Notes under the pieces: model-generated
The model's database searches: none
The model's input: the letters and a program-made list of their open reading frames with translations, nothing else
Told to the model about the DNA's origin: nothing
Origin: the human T2T-CHM13v2.0 reference genome, Homo sapiens
NCBI GenBank assembly: GCA_009914755.4
Contig: CP086569.2
Coordinates: 4,576,001 to 4,640,000, forward strand
DNA: 64,000 bases
Direction: 5' to 3'
Made by a program: the position numbers and the translations under genes
Part shown: piece after piece, positions 13,675 through 30,179 of the stretch
Layout: the number at the start of each line of letters is the position of its first letter
Position numbering within the stretch: position 1 is the first letter of the stretch

Positions 13675-14034
13675 CAGAGTTTGCTAAATCCTGCAGAAGT
13701 GACTTCTTTTATCTCGGAAAATGAGTCCTAGGGGTGGCTATTTTAGTGTTGTCAAACATCTCTACAATTCTCAAAGCCTTCAGCTGTCTGGATAAGCTAT
13801 GGGTGCACATGAGACATCCACAACATAATTCCCAGCAATGATTCACAACTTACTTGAAGAAGTCTATATGCCAAATCAGATTTACAATTTTTATGAAATA
13901 TGTGTCTATTATAAATTTAAACCTTAAAAACCTGCACCTGAAATGCAGAAAAACATGCCCAGGATTTAAGGCTGTGAAAGATTTTTAACTGCAGCATTTG
14001 GAAACAATGCCAAACCCAGGACAATGAGCCGTGC

Positions 14035-14389
14035 TGATATGATTTGCCTGTGTGCCCACACAAATCTCACCTTGAATTGTAATAATCCTCGCATGTCAAG
14101 GGTGGGGCCAGGTGGAGATAATTGAATCACGAGGGCAGTTTCCCCCATACTATTCTCAGGGTAGTGAGTAAGTTTCACAAGATCTGCTGATTTTATAAAT
14201 GAGAGTTCCCCTGAACAAACCCTCTGTTACCTGCCACCATGTAATATGTATCTTGCCCCTCCTTGCCTTCCACCATGATTGTGAGGCCTCCTCAGCTATG
14301 TGGAACTGTGAGTTCATTAAACCTCTTTTCTTTATAATTACCCAGTCTCAGGTATTCCTTTATAGGCAGCCTGAGAACAGACTAATACA
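14035..14389 (+). mobile_element. MaLR solo LTR (THE1/MST family)
   Basis: tgatatgatttgcctgtgtgcccacacaaatctcaccttgaattg...ccaccatgattgtgaggcctcctcagctatgtggaactgtgagttcattaaacctcttttctttataattacccagtctcaggtat...gactaataca. Confidence 0.8.
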
Positions 14390-15059
14390 CACACCTATCC
14401 ACATCTCCTGCTACAACTTTGCATTTGCTTTCAGATAATCACCCCACACAACCTCACAATAACTCACAAGCTGCAATCCTTCTGAAACCTACTTCCACAA
14501 GGTAAAGTGCCATATTATAGCATTTATGTGAAATTGTGCTACCACATATATTAGATTTCTATTATTTATTTTTTATGTGTCACTGAAAAAGTGTTTGAAT
14601 ATTGTGCCCAAACCTCATTTTTCTCATGAGCCCTCAGGTTTTTCTTATACAATTTTGGAAAAAAAAAATATGGTGTTTTTTAGAATACTATAAGTTGTGT
14701 TATAGAAGAACTAACTAAACATTAAAATCTATCATCAGGGGAAGCCAGTCAATGAGAGAGCTGTATGATGGGGCCAAATCATTTTTATTTCCCCAAAATT
14801 GCTTTCCCTATACTGGCCATGGCATTAGGAAATCAACCTACAGTGAAGGACATTATAAGAAACTATCCTCTGAAATTCATTATTCTATTCACTGTAAGAA
14901 TGTTGTTGAATATGATGCTTACCACATTACACAAATCAAATTTTCAATTTTGATGAAATGGGTGTCTATTATAAATTTAAACCTTAAAAACCTACACCCG
15001 AAATGCAGAAAAACATGCCCAGGATTTAGGGTGGTGAAATAGTCTTCTTTTTTTTTTTT

Positions 15060-15634
15060 GAACTAGAAATACCATTTGACCCAGCCATCGCATTACTGGG
15101 TATATACCCAAAGGATTATAAATCATGCTGCTATAAAGACACATGCACATGTATGTTTATTGCAGCACTATTCACAATAGCAAAGACTTGAAACCAACCC
15201 AAATGTCCAATAATGATAGGCTGGATTAAGAAAATGTGGCACATATACACCATGGAATACTATGCAGCCACAAAAAAAGATGAGTTCATGTCCTTTGCAG
15301 GGACATGGATGAAGCTGGAAACCATCATTCTCAGCAAACTATCGCAAGGACAAAAATCAAACACCACATGTTCTCACTCATAGGTGGGAATTGAACAATG
15401 ACAACACTTGACCACAGGAAAGGAAACATCACACACCGGGGCCTGTTGTGGGGTGGGGGGAGTGGGGAGGGATAGCATAGGAGATATACCTAATGTAAAT
15501 GACGAGTTAATGGGTGCAGCATACCAACATGACACATGTATACTAACTAACTAACCTGTACGTTGTGCTATGTAACTAACCTGCACGTTGTGCACATGTA
15601 CCCTAGAACTTAAAGTATAATAACAAAAAAAAAA
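15060..15634 (+). mobile_element. 5'-truncated L1PA 3' end (~575 bp) with a poly-A tail
   Basis: gaactagaaataccatttgacccagccatcgcattactgggtatatacccaaag...gtaccctagaacttaaagtataataacaaaaaaaaaa. It is inserted into copy B of a locally duplicated block. Confidence 0.85.
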
Positions 15635-16635
15635 GATTCTTAACTGTGACATTTGGAAACAATGTCAAACCCAGGACAATGAGCCATACACAGTATTCTC
15701 TTTATGATGGCCCACACAAGAAGTTTCACTCTGGCCTTAGTCCCAGGAAGAGTTATGCATCTCCTGAAAAATTAGTTTGCTTTTATTTTTATGTACACTG
15801 AGACTTTTAAAGGAGTATCTTAACAGAGTTCAATGAATATTTCTTAAATAAATGAATAAATGTGTTTTTAAACTGTTTCTTTTTCCACTTTGGAGAAAAT
15901 GCTTAGAGCCAAATTTATGAGCCTCTTCTAGGAAGTGTACAGAAACCAGAAACATTATTAAAATATTCTGAGCTGAACTCACAATAATAGCTTCTTACTT
16001 GTGCATTTCAACTATAACTGATCACTGGCTTAAACCTTACTTGAAAATTTGTATAATTGCTGACAGTCTAAATAAGTAGCACTCTGACTAATGAATGAGT
16101 TATAAGTCTATTGAAAAATCCTATTTTCATAGATTCTGCAGATGCAGCACCAGAAGTCAGCTAGAGGAGACTAACTAATGTTAACAATCCTTCTGAGGTA
16201 CTTCTTAATTGACATTTTATTGTATTACAATTACGCAAACTGTGCCAAGCTGACTAGGACTAAGACAAAGGAGACAGTAGTTTATATATTTATTTACTTT
16301 TGCTCCTAAATGATTCCTGAGAAGGAGTAATAAAATCCTAAACCAGAGTATACAGGCTTTGAAATGATATATGTAAAATCCAATAAGGCCAGTGAGAATC
16401 ATGTGTACCTTCTCTCTCCTTCTCGTCCCCATATACAATAACTAGGCCCAATAACTTGAAAAGGGTATAATCAAAGTATTTAAAATAATGGAGTATATTG
16501 TGACTGAGAGTAGCAATTAATGGGAAAAAATAGTAGTTATTGGTCTGAAACTTTTACTAATAACTCTTCTTGTATAATCTCTGTCCAGCAACTTAAATAC
16601 CCAAGAGAAGCATTCTAATGCCTTGGTCACAAGTT

Positions 16636-19458
<2,823 letters not shown>

Positions 19459-19751
19459 CTAGCAGTTTCTCTTAAAGTAAAAACTTTCTTACTGTATTTT
19501 ATGACATATTTTACTGTGCATACATAGGAACTAGATGAGACCCACTAAAGAGATTATCTCTGTAACTTTTACTACTGTTGACTGAGAACACTTTATTCCA
19601 TTTTAAATCATTTGAGAAAACTGTAAACATTTTCTGAGCCTTAGGCCTGGCCTTACCCCTGATCTTTAAAACTGATAGACAACAACCACAAAAGTTTCAG
19701 TAGAAGCCATTTAAAAGAAAAAAAAGCCTCTCATTATCTTGAAACAGAAGG

Positions 19752-20810
19752 TGTATTAGTCTGTTCTCACACTGCTATAAAGAACTGCCCCAGACTGGGT
19801 AATTTATAAAGGGAAGAAGTTCAATGGACTCACAGTTTCACCTGGCTGGGGAGGCTTCAGGAAACTTACAGTCATAGTGGAAGGGGAAGCAAACACATCC
19901 TTCTTCACAAGGTGGCAGGAGAGAGAAGTGCCAAGCAAAAGGGGGAAAAGCCCCTTATAAAACTGTCAGACCTTGTGAGAGCTCACTCACTGTCATGAGA
20001 ACAGCATGAGAGTAACCATCCCTATGATTAAATTAACTCCCACTGGGTCCCTCCCATGACACATGGGGATTATGGGCACTACAATGAAGGTGAGATTTGG
20101 GTGGGGACACAGAGCCAAACCATATCATTCTGCCTTGAGCAACTACACCCCTGTGGCTTTGCAGGGTACAGCTTCCCTCCTGGCTGTCTTCACAGCCTGG
20201 CATTGAGTGTCTGTGGCTTGTTGTCAGTGGTGCATGGTGCAAGTTGTGGTGCATGGTGCAAAAGGGGGAAAAGCCCTTTATAAAACTGTCAGACCTTGTG
20301 AGAACTCACTCACTGTCATGAGAACAGCATGAGGGTAACCATCCCCATGATTAAATTACCTCCCACTGGGTCCCTCCCATGACACATGGGGATTATGGGC
20401 ATTACAATCAACGTGAGATTTGGGTGGGGACACAGAGTCAAACCATATCATTCTGCCTTAAGCAACTACAGCCCTGTGGCTTTGCAGGGTACAGCTTCCC
20501 TCCTGGCTGCCTTCACAGCCTGGCATTGAGTGTCTGTGAGTGTCTGTGGTGCATGGTGCAAGTTGTCAGTGGATCTACTATTCAGGGGTCTGGAGGATGG
20601 TAGCCCTCTTCTCACAGCCCCACTAGGCAGTGCCCCATTGGGACTCTGTTTGGGGGCTCTCACCCCACATTTTCATTCCACTCTGTCCTAGCAGAGGTTC
20701 TCCATGAGAACTCCACCCCTACAGCACTCCTCTGCCTGGACATCCAGGTGTTTCCATACCTCCTCTGAAATCTAGAGGTTTCCAAACTTTAATTCTTGAT
20801 GTCCCTAAAA
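19752..20810 (-). mobile_element. MaLR (THE1/MST) 3' LTR plus the 3' portion of its internal region, in antisense orientation
   Basis: LTR reverse complement from 19752 (tgtattagtctgttctcacactgctataaagaactgcccc) to 20127 (ggggacacagagccaaaccatatca). It is followed by THE1-internal-like antisense sequence (ctctgtcctagcagaggttctccatgagaactccacccctacagcac...ctgaaatctagaggtttccaaac). Confidence 0.7.
19937..20575. repeat. Tandem duplication, two copies of a ~321-bp unit (19937-20257 and 20258-20575), spanning the LTR/internal junction of the MaLR
   Basis: Near-identical blocks start gcaaaagggggaaaagccc.ttataaaactgtcagaccttgtgaga. The duplicated track ORFs 20056-20283 and 20379-20603 both begin MTHGDYGHY. 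Confidence 0.85.
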
Positions 20811-21513
20811 ACCAAATTGATTATTTAAAAAGACAAGATATAGTTATCTACATGATTTAGCTAATACAGTTGCACTAGTTATTTTTCCCAGATTCCCACT
20901 GAATGAGTCTTTAATGCGTTGGAATAAAATTATATTCAATACAAAATCTACCTTTCAAAATCAGGTAAGAAAACATACAAAACTATTCAAGTGACCAAAG
21001 TTAAGATAAATGCAGGAATGAATAATTAAAATCAAGATTTTATCACAATGTTTTAGAGTTAATCAATATTCACAGAAATGTGACACTAGTGATACATCAC
21101 AAGCATATCATGAGAGCTGAGACTTTCTTCAAATAATAATGACTAACACTGTATTTTTACTATGTATCAGTTCACCAGAGAAGCAATGTAATGAATTACT
21201 TTGTTTAATGAAGATGAAATTATTTTTCACATTTTGCCAATGAGGAAACTGAGAAACGGTTGGTACGGACAAAGGGCAGTACTCTCGTCCATGTCTACCT
21301 TCAGCTCAAGCTTTTGTTCTTAACTACTTTGCTCTAATACATACTGCATTAATGCTGGTAAGTTTGGATGGCCCATTTAAAATTTTGTCTGATTCTATAG
21401 TTATCAGTAACACAGAATACTAAATTCCTTTATCTCAGTTATAGTTACATTCAACAAATATAATATAACTAAAATATATTTTAAGTAGATTGAACTTATA
21501 TTGAAAATTAAAA

Positions 21514-21715
21514 CTGTTGTGGGGTGGGGGAGGGGGGAGGGATAGCATTAGGAGATATACCTAATGCTAAATGACGAGTTAATGGGTGCAGCTCACCAGC
21601 ATGGCACATGTATACATATGTAACTAACCTGCACATTGTGCACATGTACCCTAAAACTTAAAGTATAATAAAATAAAATAATCTGAAAAAAAACAAAAAA
21701 AAAGAAAAGAAACTT
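21514..21715 (+). mobile_element. Short L1PA 3'-end insertion (~170 bp plus an A-rich tail)
   Basis: ctgttgtggggtgggggaggggggagggatagcattaggagatatacctaatgctaaatgacgagttaatgggtgcagc...gtaccctaaaacttaaagtataataaaataaaa. Confidence 0.8.
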
Positions 21716-22194
21716 AAAAATATTGAAAAATGTTGATTGTTGATAGCAATAGTAATAAAAACATCCACAATATTGAGGATGAAAGCCTGAAAATTAACTT
21801 ATTTCAGTGATAATTTTTACTCTGTAAAGGCTGTGTAGTATAGTTAGGGATCAAAAAATTAACTTTAAGCATATTACAATTAACCATAGCAATCCAATTT
21901 TATCAATCAAAATCAAATCCATGTATGTTAATTAACAATCTGAATACTATCATTTTTCTTTCATTCAGTAGCATCCTGTTTGTATCTTGGTGAAACAGAA
22001 TAAAAGCTTCTGGCAAGATATATTAGATTTTAAAATATTTGGATAATTAACATGCTTTCATATAAAGAGTATACATTAATTAGTGTTTTACTTCCCTAAA
22101 ACACATTGATAGAATAGTTTATCATTGTATTTAATACTGTTATTATTTTCATTACTAACATTCATTGAATGTTTACTAAGAACTAGTGATTGTG

Positions 22195-22290
22195 ATAGGC
22201 ATTTTATTCACATTATCTCATTTATTGCACACAGCCCTAACATAAATACCACTATTACCTCCATTTTGAAGATAACTATAGCTAGTATTT
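22195..22290 (-). mobile_element. Possible MIR fragment
   Basis: ctcatttattgcacacagccctaacataaataccactattacctccattttgaagataactatagc is loosely similar to antisense MIR. Confidence 0.3.
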
Positions 22291-24207
22291 ACTGTGGACC
22301 ACCATTAGCAATCTCAGTTCCAGTGCTCCAAAGAAATATTTTAAAATGAGTGGAACATTGTCCTTGTTCTTATGCAGGTTGTAGTCTGGTAAATTTATCA
22401 AAATTTTCTTGAAAAAATCCTGTGCATCATTATATGCCATGTTGAATTGAATCTTTGCTCTACTTTTCTAGCTAAAATATATCAGGTAGAATTATCTGAG
22501 TGTAATTATTTATATCAGAATATGTCACAGCATTTAGAGATTTTCTAATTTGTACTTAATTGCTATGATAAGAAAAATATTAATACGTAACCAAAGCAAT
22601 TATTTTGGTCTCAAATATTAAAAATGTGATGGTATTCCGCTGAAGTGTTGGAACTTTTCTTGTTATTTTGAATAAATATTTCTGTTATTCAAAGAAATTC
22701 TAACAGTTGTTTTCTGACTTCTAATGAATATGTTGCAAATGTTCTTAGTGATATACATCAAATGATTAAAGGTATAGTTTTCCAGAAAGCAGAGTTCATT
22801 ACTGTATATCTCTTATCCTGGTAAGACAAATCTGTACTTGATTTTGGTGTTAACAAAAAGAAGCAAATATTTTTTACTCTTTAATGATGTTTTATGCTTA
22901 AACTACATAGAGATTTTCTTGGTATTCATTTGGAACATTGTTTCCTTGTCTCATTAATACTTGTAGTTTTCAATTGGTAGATAAGAGGAATTTTTGTAGT
23001 TAATTTTACTCAGATGGAGAGACAAAAGCTCAAAGAAGGTAGAATCATACAAATCTGAGACCAAGTCTATTAAATAAAAGTGAAGATTATTGCCAGGAAA
23101 AATATTTTAATAATAATAATTTACCTAGAATGAAAAATTTGGAATCAAAGGTAGAACTCAGCATTCATTTATCCTTTTGTATATGGAACAATTTTAGAAG
23201 TGGGGTAGGGAAGAGGTTCAGAGTAGATTTTCAGAAGAAACAAAAGATGCACACTTATTATCTTGTCACTTCTTTATAATACATTATTATCCCTAATTTA
23301 TAAAAACATAAAGAAAATAAAATGAAGAAGAGGTTTAAAAAGAAGAGGAAGAATTTGCCTTCAAAGTAGGACAAAGAAACTAAGCATAAGAGAAACTACT
23401 TTTCAGTACACTATGTCTGAAACAAATTTGTTACAACTAAAAGAGGACACCAATATTTTAATTTTAATGTATCCAGATGGATAAGAGAAACTCAGTAAAA
23501 TTGCTTTCAACAAACAAATTAAAAAAAAAAACCCAAAGGTATCCAGCATTTCTACACTATTTATAAGTGCAATGGCTGCTGCTTCTGAAAAGACTTACAG
23601 AATCTGCTTTTATGTTATTTTTTGATGTCATTTATAGTGTAGCCATTGTTAGACAATGACTGATTCAATTAAAGCTAATGCTTTTGATTTCTTAAAGCTC
23701 TGAATAGTATTTTTAATTGCAATTGATTACATACTTATTTAATAAAAGGGAAACTGTTGAACTGACCGAATAATGGTATCCCAGAATGAGGATTTACATC
23801 AGTTATTGGTTGAAACATTTAAAACTTCAGAGTAATATTATAATTTTCCTATTATTCAAACTTATAAATGAAACAAAAAGTGATTTTTTTCTATGCTTTC
23901 AGAAACAGGAATTCACCAGAACTACTTTACTGAATAGGTGAGTGAATTATTCATTAAGATGATCAGTAGGACTGGGTCTTTTTTAACTCTAAGGAGATAT
24001 GTATATTACTTCACACAGAAGCAATTATTAATTTACTGATAGCATAGATAACTTCATACTTTAATTTTTGCAATTTTAATATACATGTTTATACTATTTT
24101 ATTTAATTTTAATAAAAGCAAATAAAGTATTGAATATGTAATCATTTTGAGATAACTCTGGAGTAGTAAATTACTATAATTTCACTTTTCTTTGCCTTTT
24201 ATTTCTT

Positions 24208-24569
24208 TATTAGTTTGTTTTCACGGTGCTGATAAAGACATACCCAAGGCTGGGTAATTTATAAGGAAGAAGAGGTTTAATGGACTCACAGTTCCACGTA
24301 GCTGGGGAGGCCTTACAATCACGGTGGAAGGTGAAAGGCACAACTTACATGGCTGCAGGCAACAGAGAGAATGAAAGCCAAGTTAAAGTGGTTTCCCCTT
24401 ACAAAGCCATGAGTTGTCGTGAGACTTATTCACTACCATGAGAACAGTATGGGTGAAACGGCCCCCATGATTCAGTTATCTCCCACTGGCTCCCTTCCAC
24501 AACATGTGGAAAATACCGGAGCTACAATTCAAGATGAGATTTGTGTGGGGACACAGCCAAACCATGTCA
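24208..24569 (-). mobile_element. MaLR solo LTR (THE1/MST family), antisense
   Basis: ttattagtttgttttcacggtgctgataaagacatacccaaggctgggtaatttataagg...ggggacacagccaaaccatgtca. Confidence 0.8.
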
Positions 24570-26689
24570 AATTATTTCTTGCAACTTCCAAAAAAAAATT
24601 TTTTTTTAGAAATAATTCATTATTTTTTGTTTCATTAGATATTCTTGTAAAGTCTTGATGGTAAATCTGAATGATCAAAAACTAAGAGCCAAATAGTGGG
24701 TTGTTGTTACATATGGTTAAAGTTCATTTAGCCCTAAAATAATGGGAACAAGAGAATAATGACCAGAGGAGGGACATTGGGGAGGTGATGAGTATAGTAG
24801 GAATCTCTAGCAGTCTTGCAGACATCATGTGAATTTTTCAAATCTGATACTCTCTTGTTTTAAGATAGCCAGATGAAAAGTCGATTCAATGGAGAAAAAA
24901 GAGGGGTTTGGCATGAAGTTTCCTAAGTACAGCCAGGCCAAAGAATGTAATGTATAGAAAAAGCCACAGTAGAGTTTATGGGAATTAAAGCAAGGGAAAC
25001 CAACTAAATTAATCTGTAGTCTTCATTCGACAATCTCACATACCTGTTTCCCTCACATATATACTCATTCTTAAATTCACTGTTATGACCACATTAGAAC
25101 TCAACTTCAAATTTGTGTTATTAATCTTTTTTATAAAGCATTTCCAAGTAGATTTACTTAACATTATCTAATATCTTGCAAGTGTATGGCAGTATTATTT
25201 TCAGCAATATGGAAAATGATGAAAATACTGGTTACTGCAATAGATTATGTTGCAGAAAATAATGCAAGAGCCTGTGAAATTCCTTGGACATGTGACACAT
25301 TATACATAAACCAGTCAATGATCTAGGGAATTATAGTGAACTCTGGTCATTCAGGTGAAGTAACATAAGAGCACAAAACATTTCTAGTTTCAATCCTGCT
25401 TCGTATCATTTACACTCACCAAGCATCAATTTCCTCTTCCATAAAATTTAGATACTAAAATTTTTGTCTTCCATAGGGCAGTTATGAGGATCTCATAAAA
25501 CAATAAATACATAGGAGTATTCTTCAAAGAACAATGTATTACAGGGATGCTAGTTATTTCTGTTAACCCAGCAACTCGAATTACCCAGGAATCCTGATTA
25601 ATGCTATGGCATATAAATTGGGAGACTCTCAAGATTCTCTAAAATCAGTTTTAAAATGTAAAATGTATGCTTTACTGGAACACATTTATCTCAAGAAAGA
25701 GCATCATAGCAATTTGAATATGTAATCTAGTATTAAAAAAACATTTGTAGCAAATTATATCCACTGTAAAGAAAATTATTACAGGACACACATGATCTGG
25801 ACTTAGTGCTTAAGGAGGTAATAGATAAGTAAGGAGATATGAAGAATAGAAAAAAAATTCTACTTTTATTTTTGAATACGTAGCTGTATTTCTGAGGTTG
25901 AGTCTGAGTTAACCTACCCGTATAACCGTTTCTTCTATCTCTTCTTTAACTAACATAGATCATCCTCTCAGTGCATCTTTTAGCCTAGAGAAAAGCTAGG
26001 TTGGGATTTATGGAAGGAACAAGAACAAAATAAAACCATATCTGCTCTATTTTTCCATATCAATTGATTTCAGAGTGTACTTCATTCTCAACAAATGAAA
26101 AAAAAAAAAAACAAGAATTTCCCTTCATGGTTTATTCTACTGGTTTAGAGGTAACTGTAATTAACTTTCTGCAAACTCCTCACTTAGCAAAAATGCATTA
26201 CCTTTCAAATTATTTGTATTGTAGATACAATACAAATCACTACTAAAAACTGATCTTGATTGATAGACCCCATAGTTGGATATTTGGAAATAAAATGGAA
26301 ACTGAGACACAGGAGAGACATATCTGAAATTAAAATGTAAGAAGTATCAGAAAATACATTGCTAATGAAGTAAGGTTTCCTAATGGTGTTTTTTCATTAA
26401 AAATACTCTTCCTGTTTTACATGAACCATAGCTTGGGTTTGCTAAAAGACGCCATGATAAATAATTAAACATGGAAATCCTGAATATCCACACTAAGGAA
26501 AATAAAACTTCCACATGCAATAACTAATGAGTATTGTAAATGTAAAATCAAGGCCCTAGTGTAAATTTTATAACAAATACATGAAATAATATAGTGAAAT
26601 TTTAATTTATGTAATTATTATATATAAGCTGTATTGTTATATATATTTTATATACATGTAATGAAAGTCATGGTTAAATAATCTAGTAT

Positions 26690-26775
26690 ATTTAAGTTTA
26701 TGGATTTAAATTTAAATTTATTAAATTTAATTGTATTAAATTTAATTTTTATTAATTTAAATTTAAATGGCTTAA
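26690..26775. repeat. AT-rich simple repeat, (TTTAAA/TTAAAT)n-like
   Basis: tttaaatttaaatttattaaatttaattgtattaaatttaatttttattaatttaaatttaaatgg. Confidence 0.6.
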
Positions 26776-29454
26776 AACACATTGAGTTGTTTTATATATT
26801 TTATACAACAAATATATCTAAACTAAATATTAAAAATTATTAAATGCTTTAATGGACAAATAAATGACAGATAATTTAAAATGTTATTTGTTTTTCTTTC
26901 AAGATGGCACATTAGAGGCTTTTAGCTTGCCTCAGCCACTTGGAAATACCAAGAGAGTTCATAAAGATAAACACTGTGTGCTTTAATACAAGAAGGGAAA
27001 TGGGAGTACACCAGAGTCATGAAGGACACCCCAAATCCTGGGGATGAGATCATGGGAAAACAGCCCCTCTGTCAATGTCTGGCTGATAAAAGTGAGTGAA
27101 GCCCCAGTACATGAGAGAGGCAGAAGCCTCCCTCTTTGACTCACCTTTCCTCGGGGGAATCTGAGCAACCTAGGCCAAAGAGCACCCTTTTTTTTCTCCC
27201 AAGTCTTGGAACTAACTTGGCGAGAGGCATAAAGACGCTGTGAGAGAAAGACACTAGGAAAAGCTGCACTCATTTTCCAAGACCCAGAGCTGAGATCAGG
27301 ATGGCATTTTTAATCCGGGCTCATGCAAAGTCAGCCATTCTGTGGCAACCCAGAAGCGTGGCCGTGTAGACATTTTAGTTTCAGGCCAGAGTTTGGAGGG
27401 CCTGCTCTGGTGTAGGGTAGGGGCCTCCTCAGCCAGAACTGTGGAAACTGCCTCAGCATCAGGTGCTGGAATTGTGCTCTCCCCTATTGCATACTTTGAG
27501 TGGGAGGAGAGCTGCTACAGCTGCAATTTCTCCTGGACAATGATAATTACATCCAGGGCCAGCTTGGCAACCTGGAACCAATATGTGTGTGTCATTGCTG
27601 GGTATCCCATCCTGCTCCCCTGAACTTGCGGTACAGAAAAACCCTCTCTGCTTCACCCACAAACAGAAATCCAGACTCTCAAATCACCCACTTTCCTGGA
27701 CCAACAGCCTGAGCTGCCCCGCTTTTCATGGACATAGATTGCGGTTCAGCGAGCCCCTCTCTGCTTCAAAACTAGGTACATCTCCAGGTATGCATAGCAC
27801 CTGCTCACCTGGATCAGCAACCTGAATTGCTCCACCCTTCCGGTGCATAGATTGTGGTGCAGCAGGGCCCTCTGGGCTCTGTGCCCAGGCACATCTCCAG
27901 GCATTCAGAGCACCTACTTGTTTGGTTCAGCATCCTGAGTTTCTCCTCACTTCTGTGCAGAGATCTTGGTGCAGAGAATCCTCTCAACTTCATGTCCAAG
28001 CAAATCTCCAGGCATATGGAACATCCACCCTCCTGGAGTAGGAGTTTAGGATACCCCTATCCTTGTGCAGATATCTTGAGATTAGGGAGGTTTCCCAGCT
28101 TCATACCTAGACACATCTCTGGGCACTTGGTGGCTGCCCAGTGGATTCTCATTCAGTACTAGTGCTTGTCCCTCCCATCAGGACACCAGTACGTGGACCT
28201 GCCCAGTCTGACCCCATCAATCTTGCCCCCCCAACCCTCTGGAGTTAAGAAGTAAGCTCAGACGGCTGTGCACTCTAAGAATCAGCCATTGCCTGAGGCG
28301 ACAGAGAGGTTCTATCAGTAAACAAGGATCAAGTATATACCCAGCCACATCGGCCAGTGTGGGCTCTTACCCAGAAACGTCACCTACTGGCTTATTGGTC
28401 AAACTGCACAGTCCAATATAAAACCTGCTGACAGAATTGCATGAGGCTACGGAAGCAAAGCCAAAACACACTACCCAGCATTCTCTACAGTCACATCCCC
28501 AAGGGAGAGGGAGAAAGAGAAACTGAAAAAAGAAAAAAACAATAATATTATAGGGAAAAAGAGAAAAATCCTACCTGCACAAAAATAACTTCAAAAAGTA
28601 GAAGTGTCAGCATCTTCAGATCAGAAAGAACCAGTGCAAGAATTCTGGCACCATAAAAATATGTGAATACACTAATACCACCAAGGGCTCACACTAGCTC
28701 TCCAGCAATAATTCCTAACCAAAATATAAATGCAGAAATGACAAATAAAAGACTCAAAGCATGGATTGTAAGGAAACTCAATGAGATCCAAGATAAGGTT
28801 GAAAATCAACACAAAGCAACTTCTAAAGCAATCCATGAAATGAAGGAATAGATATAAATCTTAAAAAGAAATCAATCAAAGCTTCTGGAATTGAAAAGCT
28901 CACTTAAAATTTCAAAATACAATTGAAAGGTTTATCAATAGACTGGAACAAGTAGAAGAAATAATTTCAGAACTTGAAGCCTAGTCTTTCAAACTAACCC
29001 AATCTGACAAAAATAAAGAAAAATGGAATTTTTGAAAATGAACAAAGTCTTTGAGAAATATGGGATTATGTAAAGTGGCCAAATCTACAAATGGTTGGCA
29101 TTCCTGAGAGAGAAGGAGAAAAAGAAAACAAACAACCTGGAAACATGTTTGAGAGAATAATTCAAGAAAAGTTTCCTAATCTTTCTTGAGAGGCAGACAT
29201 CAAGATACAAAAAATTCAGAGAACACCTGTGAGATACTATACAAAACAAACATCGCCAAGGCATATAGTCATCAGACTATCCTAGGTCAATGCTAAAGAA
29301 AAAATCTTGAAGGTAGCTAGAAGAAAAGGTCAGATCATATGCAATAGGAATCCCATCAGGCTAGCAGCAGACTTCTCAACAGAATCCTTGTAAGCCGAGA
29401 GAGATTGAGGGCCTATTTTCAGCATTCTTAAAGAAAAGAAAATCCAACCAAGAA

Positions 29455-29749
29455 TTTTTTTTTTTTTGAGATGGAGTCTCGCTCTGTTGCCCAGGCTGGA
29501 GTGCAGTGGTGCAATCTCGAGCTCACTGTAAACTCCACCTCCTGGGTTCACGCCATTCTCCTGCCTCAGCCTCCCAAGTAATTGGGACTACAGGCACCCG
29601 CCACCACACCCAGCTAATTTTTTGTATTTTTAGTAGAGATGGGGTTTCACCGTGTTAGCCAGGATGGTCTCGATCTCCTGATCTCATGATCCGCCCGCCT
29701 CGGCCTCCCAAAGTGCTGGGATTACAGGCGTGAGCCACCACGCCCGGCC
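29455..29749 (-). mobile_element. Alu (AluY/S-like), full length, with a 15-bp target-site duplication
   Basis: Poly-T plus reverse complement of Alu (gagatggagtctcgctctgttgcccaggc...ggcgtgagccaccacgcccggcc). The duplication ccaaccaagaatttt appears at 29444-29458 and again at 29750-29764. Confidence 0.95.
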
Positions 29750-30179
29750 CAACCAAGAATTTTATATTCTGCCAAACTTAGCTTTATAAGGAAATAAGAA
29801 ATAAAATATTTTCCAGACAAGCAAGTGCTAAGGAATTTGTTATCACTAAACCAATCTTATAGAGATCCTTATAAAAGTTCTAAACACTGAAATGAAAGAA
29901 TAATACCTGCTACCAAGAAAACACACTTCAGTACATAGCCCACAGATCCTATAAAGCAACTATACAATAGAAACTACAAAGATACCAACTAACAACTTCA
30001 CAACAAGATCAAAATCTCACATATCAACATTAACCTTGAATATAAATGGTCTAAACATCCCAAGTAAAACGCACAGAGTGTCAAGTTAAATTTAAAAAAA
30101 ATGACCCATTCATCTTCTCTCTTCAAAAGATGGACCTCACACATAACAACACACACAGACTCAAAGTAAAGGGTTGGAG

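Noticed and set aside
13840-15730. Interpreting the duplicated ~190-bp block as MaLR internal sequence adjacent to a 3' LTR
   Set aside because: The internal 3' end of the minus-strand MaLR at 20128 onward reads ...gtagttgctcaaggcagaa before TGATATGG. That is unlike the ...caatgagccgtgc preceding the LTR at 14035. I therefore kept it as a local duplication of unknown origin.
20056-20603. Pair of similar 74-75-aa plus-strand ORFs starting MTHGDYGHY as a duplicated small gene
   Set aside because: Both lie inside the two copies of the 321-bp tandem duplication within a MaLR LTR and internal region. They are artefacts of the duplication with no coding signal.
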